A DNA stretch of 56,310 nt from IMG/VR virus record IMGVR_UViG_3300044617_001003, positions 1 through 56,310 of that record; one strand, 5' to 3'. This DNA is from a virus (lineage: Duplodnaviria; Caudoviricetes). Below are positions 52,386-56,310 of this stretch, in pieces (the stretch's first letter is position 1; each line of letters opens with the position of its first letter). A model generated the notes under the pieces. That model was not told the DNA's origin. It did not search any database and saw only the letters and a program-made list of their open reading frames with translations. Position numbers and translations under genes: made by a program.

Positions 52386-53965
52386 GTCTCAAGCACCTCT
52401 TCGTAGGGGCGGCCGCTGCGGTGGCACGAAAGCAGGAGATCCCGCGTTTCGTTCATCCAGCCGGCCGTCAGTTCCTCAATCTGTCGCCCTGCCGCCTGTG
52501 CGGCGTCACAAAGTTCCGTCCGCATCCGCTTCTCGTGCGCCTCCAGCCACGCCGCCAACTTGGCTGGCTTCGTTCGCCGTTCGCGAATCCCGTCCGCTTC
52601 GACGGCGGCCAGTTTCCGCAACGTCTGCTTGAGGAGAACCTCGGCCGCCGAGCGGGCGGCGTCCGCCGGCATCTCTTCCTCTGGCGCTGGCGCTGGCTCC
52701 GCTTCCTCCTCGGGAGCGGCGGGCTCCTCTTCGGGGTCGGTGGGCGGAACCTCGGGCTCAGGCGGCTGCACCACAAAGGATTCGAGCAGGGCCATGTTGA
52801 CCTGCACGAACCGCTTGTCGCCGCCCTCGATCGGGTTCATGCCTTCGGCGGCCCGGATTTCGTTTATAGAAAGAACGCCAAGGTTCCAAAGTTCCCGGAA
52901 ATACTGGGCGCGACCAGCGTTGTCCCCACGGAGCAGCCCGCGAACGTCGAACTCGGCAAAGTAGTTGTCGTCGTCGGCGATCAAGTCCCGGCGAACGGCG
53001 CTTTCCCAGCGACGCAGCCACGGCACAAGCGTGAACGTGACGAAGTCCAGCCCCTGCTGCTCGACCGACGAATACGACGACTTCGTCAGGTCGCCGATCA
53101 TGTAGGCCGGCACTCGGTAGGCGCGAGCGATTTCCTCGACTTGATAGCGCCTGGTCTCAATCAGTTGAGCGGACTCGTTCGACCCGGAGAGTTCCCGAAC
53201 CTTGATGCCATGCGGGAGGACGGCTGTCTTGGACGAGTTGTGCGGGCCTCGGCCGTGGATGTCGTCCCACGACTGCCGTAGCCGCTGGGCCGTCTCGGGC
53301 TTCAGAGGCTGGTCCGATTCGAGGACGATCCCCGGCCTCGCGCCGTTGCCAAAAAATGCCCCAGAGTGTAGTTCTGTAGCCCGCGCTAGCGCGATTGCCT
53401 CGCGGGAGATGGTGGTGGGGACGTAGCAGTTCACGCCGTCTTTCGTCATCCACGGGATGCGAAAAATCTGATCCTGGCTGTACGGCGTCGGGGTGGCCTT
53501 GTCGGGTTCCTGATACAGAAACCGCAGGCGGCCGTTCTTGATTCGCTCGACCGTCATGCGGCTGGGGTGCAGAGGCCAGAGTTCTGTCACGGCCCCGAAC
53601 TTGCCCGGCCGAATCTCGGCGTAGGCGGCGCCCCAGAGCATCGCCCACGACTGCATGAGTTCCCGGAACTCGAAACTCGTCATCCACGAGTTCGGCTGTT
53701 GAGACAGGACGCGGTTCAGGGGCATCCCGCCGGCGATTTCCTTGCCGCCGGCCGTCAGCGCCCGGTAGAGCGAGAAGGGCAGGGACGCGACCGACTCGGA
53801 GACCACCCGGACGCAGGCCAGGACGGCGCTGCACTGGAGGGCTGTTTCAGGTGAGACATAGACGCCGGAGACAGTTTTGTTGCTGTCGGTGATTTCCTCG
53901 AACACGCGGGACAGCCCGCTGCGGACTTCGAGGATGTCGTCGATCGCGGCGTTCTGTGATTCCAC
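52346..53965 (-). CDS. portal protein, HK97 family
   Basis: AV.ACV..., PN.WMTSFEF, FFGNGARP, IARAYRVP, NEIRA.E...PI.GGD. Confidence 0.95.
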   Translation of the reverse strand: MESQNAAIDDILEVRSGLSRVFEEITDSNKTVSGVYVSPETALQCSAVLACVRVVSESVASLPFSLYRALTAGGKEIAGGMPLNRVLSQQPNSWMTSFEFRELMQSWAMLWGAAYAEIRPGKFGAVTELWPLHPSRMTVERIKNGRLRFLYQEPDKATPTPYSQDQIFRIPWMTKDGVNCYVPTTISREAIALARATELHSGAFFGNGARPGIVLESDQPLKPETAQRLRQSWDDIHGRGPHNSSKTAVLPHGIKVRELSGSNESAQLIETRRYQVEEIARAYRVPAYMIGDLTKSSYSSVEQQGLDFVTFTLVPWLRRWESAVRRDLIADDDNYFAEFDVRGLLRGDNAGRAQYFRELWNLGVLSINEIRAAEGMNPIEGGDKRFVQVNMALLESFVVQPPEPEVPPTDPEEEPAAPEEEAEPAPAPEEEMPADAARSAAEVLLKQTLRKLAAVEADGIRERRTKPAKLAAWLEAHEKRMRTELCDAAQAAGRQIEELTAGWMNETRDLLLSCHRSGRPYEEVLETWTDRVEKTLNAG

Positions 53966-55470
53966 TACAGCACCAGAATTTCGGGTTCTACTTGCTTGCC
54001 GTAGACCTCGCCGCTGGCGAGCGAGAGCGCCATGCAGCAGGAGACGATGCCGTCGATGCGGCCGATGTCGTGAGTTGACTTTTTGACAGGCTTGATGAGT
54101 CCTTCGTCGTTGGTTTTCACTTGGACGTTACTCGCCTGCCATGTCAGGACCGGATTTCCGGCGTGTCGAAGTTTGCCCGAAGTCACAAGGTTTTCGAGCA
54201 ACTTCGTCGGCCCGTTCATCGGGCCAAAACCCTGCCCGAACGGGTGAACTGTCACCCCTTCGGCCGAGAGTTGGGTCATGAGATGGACCGCATTCCAGCG
54301 GTCAATCGCCACGCCCTTCACCCAGTTCTTCTCGCAAAACGCGAGAATGTAGTCCCGAATCTCGTCGTAATCAGTGATGTCGCCATCAGTAAGTCTAACA
54401 AAACCGTCCTTGGCCCATTGGGTATACGGCACCCGATCCGCCTTGTCGCGCTTGTCAGCGTTCTCTTCGGGGATCCAGAACATCGCCTCGATGTCGACGC
54501 TGCCGTCCTCGTCAGGCCACACGGCCACGAACGCGGTCGTGTCGTAGGTACTGGCGAGGTCGAGGCCGCAGTAGCACGGGCGGCCGGCGCGATTGCGGAG
54601 CGGGCCGTCGCAGGACTCGAAAATGCCGTGCCGGAAGAACTTTTCCTCCGAGTTCGTCCACTGATTCAAATGGAGGCGACGAAAGGTCATTTCGTCGCTG
54701 GTCGACGTTCGGGCCTTGGCGGCCATCTCCCGGAAGTAGTCGTCCTTGATGGTCACGCCGTAGTTCGGATTAGCCATCCGCCAAGTAGTTTCATCGAACG
54801 GGTCTGCGTCACTTGGGGCCGCAAATATGCAGGGCAGGAACGTCGGGTCGTCGATGATGCCGTCTCGCACTTTCTCGGCGTACTGCCAAATCTGATAGCA
54901 GATGCTCTGGCGGTCGAAACCCGCAGTCGTGATCAGAATGGTCAGCGGCTGGCGCCTGGCGCCGGTACTCGTGGTCAAAACGTCGTAGAGTTCCCTGTCC
55001 CGCTGAACATGGAACTCGTCGAACAGGATCATCGAGCATCCGTAGCCGTGCTTGCTCGCAGCCTCGCTGGAAATGACCTTCAGGACGCTGTTGGTCGACG
55101 GAACGGCGAGGGCTTTGCGGTAGGGCTTGATGATGCCCGAGAGAGTCTCGTTGCTCTCGACCATCTGCTTCGCGGCGTCGAAAAGAATGGACGCCTGCTC
55201 TCGGTCGCCGGCCACGCAGACGATCTCGGCCCCGGGCTCGCCGTCGGCAACGAGGCCGTACAGCCCGATGCCGGCCGACATCTGGGTCTTTCCGTTCTTG
55301 CGCCCAATGGCCAGGAGGGACTGCCGGTACTGCCTCGCCCCGTCGGGGCGCTTGGTGTTGAACAGCCGGTGCAGGTAGTCGCCCTGCCACGGGAACAGTT
55401 CAAACGGTTTGCCGGCGAACTCGCCCCGCGAGTGCCGCAGGCAGGAGATGAAATCGCGTATGTCAGCCAC
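53965..55470 (-). CDS. terL: terminase large subunit
   Basis: RKNGKT, FDEFH, ITTAG, GLDLAST.D, RIDG. Confidence 0.95.
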   Translation of the reverse strand: MADIRDFISCLRHSRGEFAGKPFELFPWQGDYLHRLFNTKRPDGARQYRQSLLAIGRKNGKTQMSAGIGLYGLVADGEPGAEIVCVAGDREQASILFDAAKQMVESNETLSGIIKPYRKALAVPSTNSVLKVISSEAASKHGYGCSMILFDEFHVQRDRELYDVLTTSTGARRQPLTILITTAGFDRQSICYQIWQYAEKVRDGIIDDPTFLPCIFAAPSDADPFDETTWRMANPNYGVTIKDDYFREMAAKARTSTSDEMTFRRLHLNQWTNSEEKFFRHGIFESCDGPLRNRAGRPCYCGLDLASTYDTTAFVAVWPDEDGSVDIEAMFWIPEENADKRDKADRVPYTQWAKDGFVRLTDGDITDYDEIRDYILAFCEKNWVKGVAIDRWNAVHLMTQLSAEGVTVHPFGQGFGPMNGPTKLLENLVTSGKLRHAGNPVLTWQASNVQVKTNDEGLIKPVKKSTHDIGRIDGIVSCCMALSLASGEVYGKQVEPEILVL

Positions 55471-55951
55471 CGGCCAGCAGCGCCTTCATCGGGTCTGCCG
55501 ACTTGGCCTGACGGTCGACGACGGCCATTCCTAGGCGCGTCCGGTCGGCGGGCGTGAACCCAAGAACCGACTCCAGTTGCCGCAACTGCTCATGGCAGGC
55601 GGCTGACTGTGCGAAAAACGGCGACGGCTTTGCAGCCTTTTCCTCGCCCTGCCGCCCCACCATGGAGTGAAAGTGGATGGCCGACTTGGCCAGTTCTTCC
55701 TCGGCCGAATACCAGCGATCCAGCGTCACGGCGTACCGCAGAACCGAGTGCTTGTCGGTCTTGGCCAGGACGCCCATGTTGTCGAGGTGGCGGCAGGCCT
55801 CTCGAAACAGTTCGGCGGCCCGCTCCCGAACGAAGTCAGGCGGCTCGGGCAGAGTTTCGTAAAACTCGCCGAGTTCCTCGCGGTGGTCAGCGCGCCACGA
55901 ACCACTCATGGCGAGAACGTGCTTCGGCTTCGGGGGCGGGCCTGGACGCAT
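55463..55951 (-). CDS. terS: terminase small subunit, P27 family
   Basis: GPPPKP, PP..., LGFTPADRTRL; overlaps the terL start. Confidence 0.9.
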   Translation of the reverse strand: MRPGPPPKPKHVLAMSGSWRADHREELGEFYETLPEPPDFVRERAAELFREACRHLDNMGVLAKTDKHSVLRYAVTLDRWYSAEEELAKSAIHFHSMVGRQGEEKAAKPSPFFAQSAACHEQLRQLESVLGFTPADRTRLGMAVVDRQAKSADPMKALLAGG

Positions 55952-56217
55952 TGACAATGCTCCTACTATTCATAGGATACCCAGTACCACTTGGTCGGCG
56001 CAGGGAGTCGCCGGAACCGGGGGAGTTAGCCGTGCGCGACAGAAACCCACGAGAACCCTACATGAATCCCGCGAGGGTCGCGTGCGCGCGCGTTGGCGTC
56101 CCGTGCGCACGAGGTCTTTTTCTGCTGATCCCGTGAACGCGCACGGGGCGTTGGCGTGCGGTCTGCCGGGGGGGCCGAAAAACTCCCGCCGCCCCCCCTC
56201 CCCGGCCGGGGAATTTT

Positions 56218-56310
56218 CCGGGGCTTCGAGCAGGCCGGGGCTTCGAGCAGGCCGGGGCTTCGAGCAGGCCGGGGCTTCGAGCAGGCCGGGGCTTCGAGCA
56301 GGCCGGGGCT
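56218..56310. repeat. 17-bp tandem repeat CCGGGGCTTCGAGCAGG x5.5 (runs off the window)
   Basis: Exact head-to-tail copies. Confidence 0.97.

Noticed and set aside
56218-56310. CRISPR array in the terminal repeats (also 93-147)
   Set aside because: Units are head-to-tail with no spacers, and there are no cas genes.
1-56310. Direct terminal repeats or attL/attR prophage ends
   Set aside because: The two ends do not match and no host genes are visible; no attP core could be identified by eye.

Overview
The window looks like a nearly complete ~56 kb GC-rich temperate siphovirus genome, broken at two unrelated 17-bp tandem repeats. A short + strand early block (222-3297) starts with an Ocr-like DNA mimic and a pyrimidine-dimer glycosylase. 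Almost everything else is on the - strand, running right to left. The HK97-type head module comprises TerS, TerL, portal, a multidomain prohead protease, a trypsin-like protease, an R-S-E ADP-ribosyltransferase with an acidic partner, and the capsid. Then come connectors, tail and tape measure, glycosyl/sulfo/methyl-transferases, nucleotide enzymes and a nested LamG-type tail fibre. These are followed by a + strand tyrosine integrase and a replication module (SNF2 helicase, Prim-Pol, intein-containing UvrD-like helicase). The last part holds CsrA, DNA methylases, many small accessory genes, a papain-like peptidase/membrane cassette and an HNH nuclease. A prepilin-motif protein and CsrA suggest a Planctomycetota host (inference). 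The most striking signal is a small array of integron-type attC sites and gene cassettes at ~10.37-11.29 kb. It shows reciprocal crossover-end complementarity, its genes are reversed relative to attC polarity, and no IntI is encoded. All product calls come from motif recognition by eye; no database searches were run.
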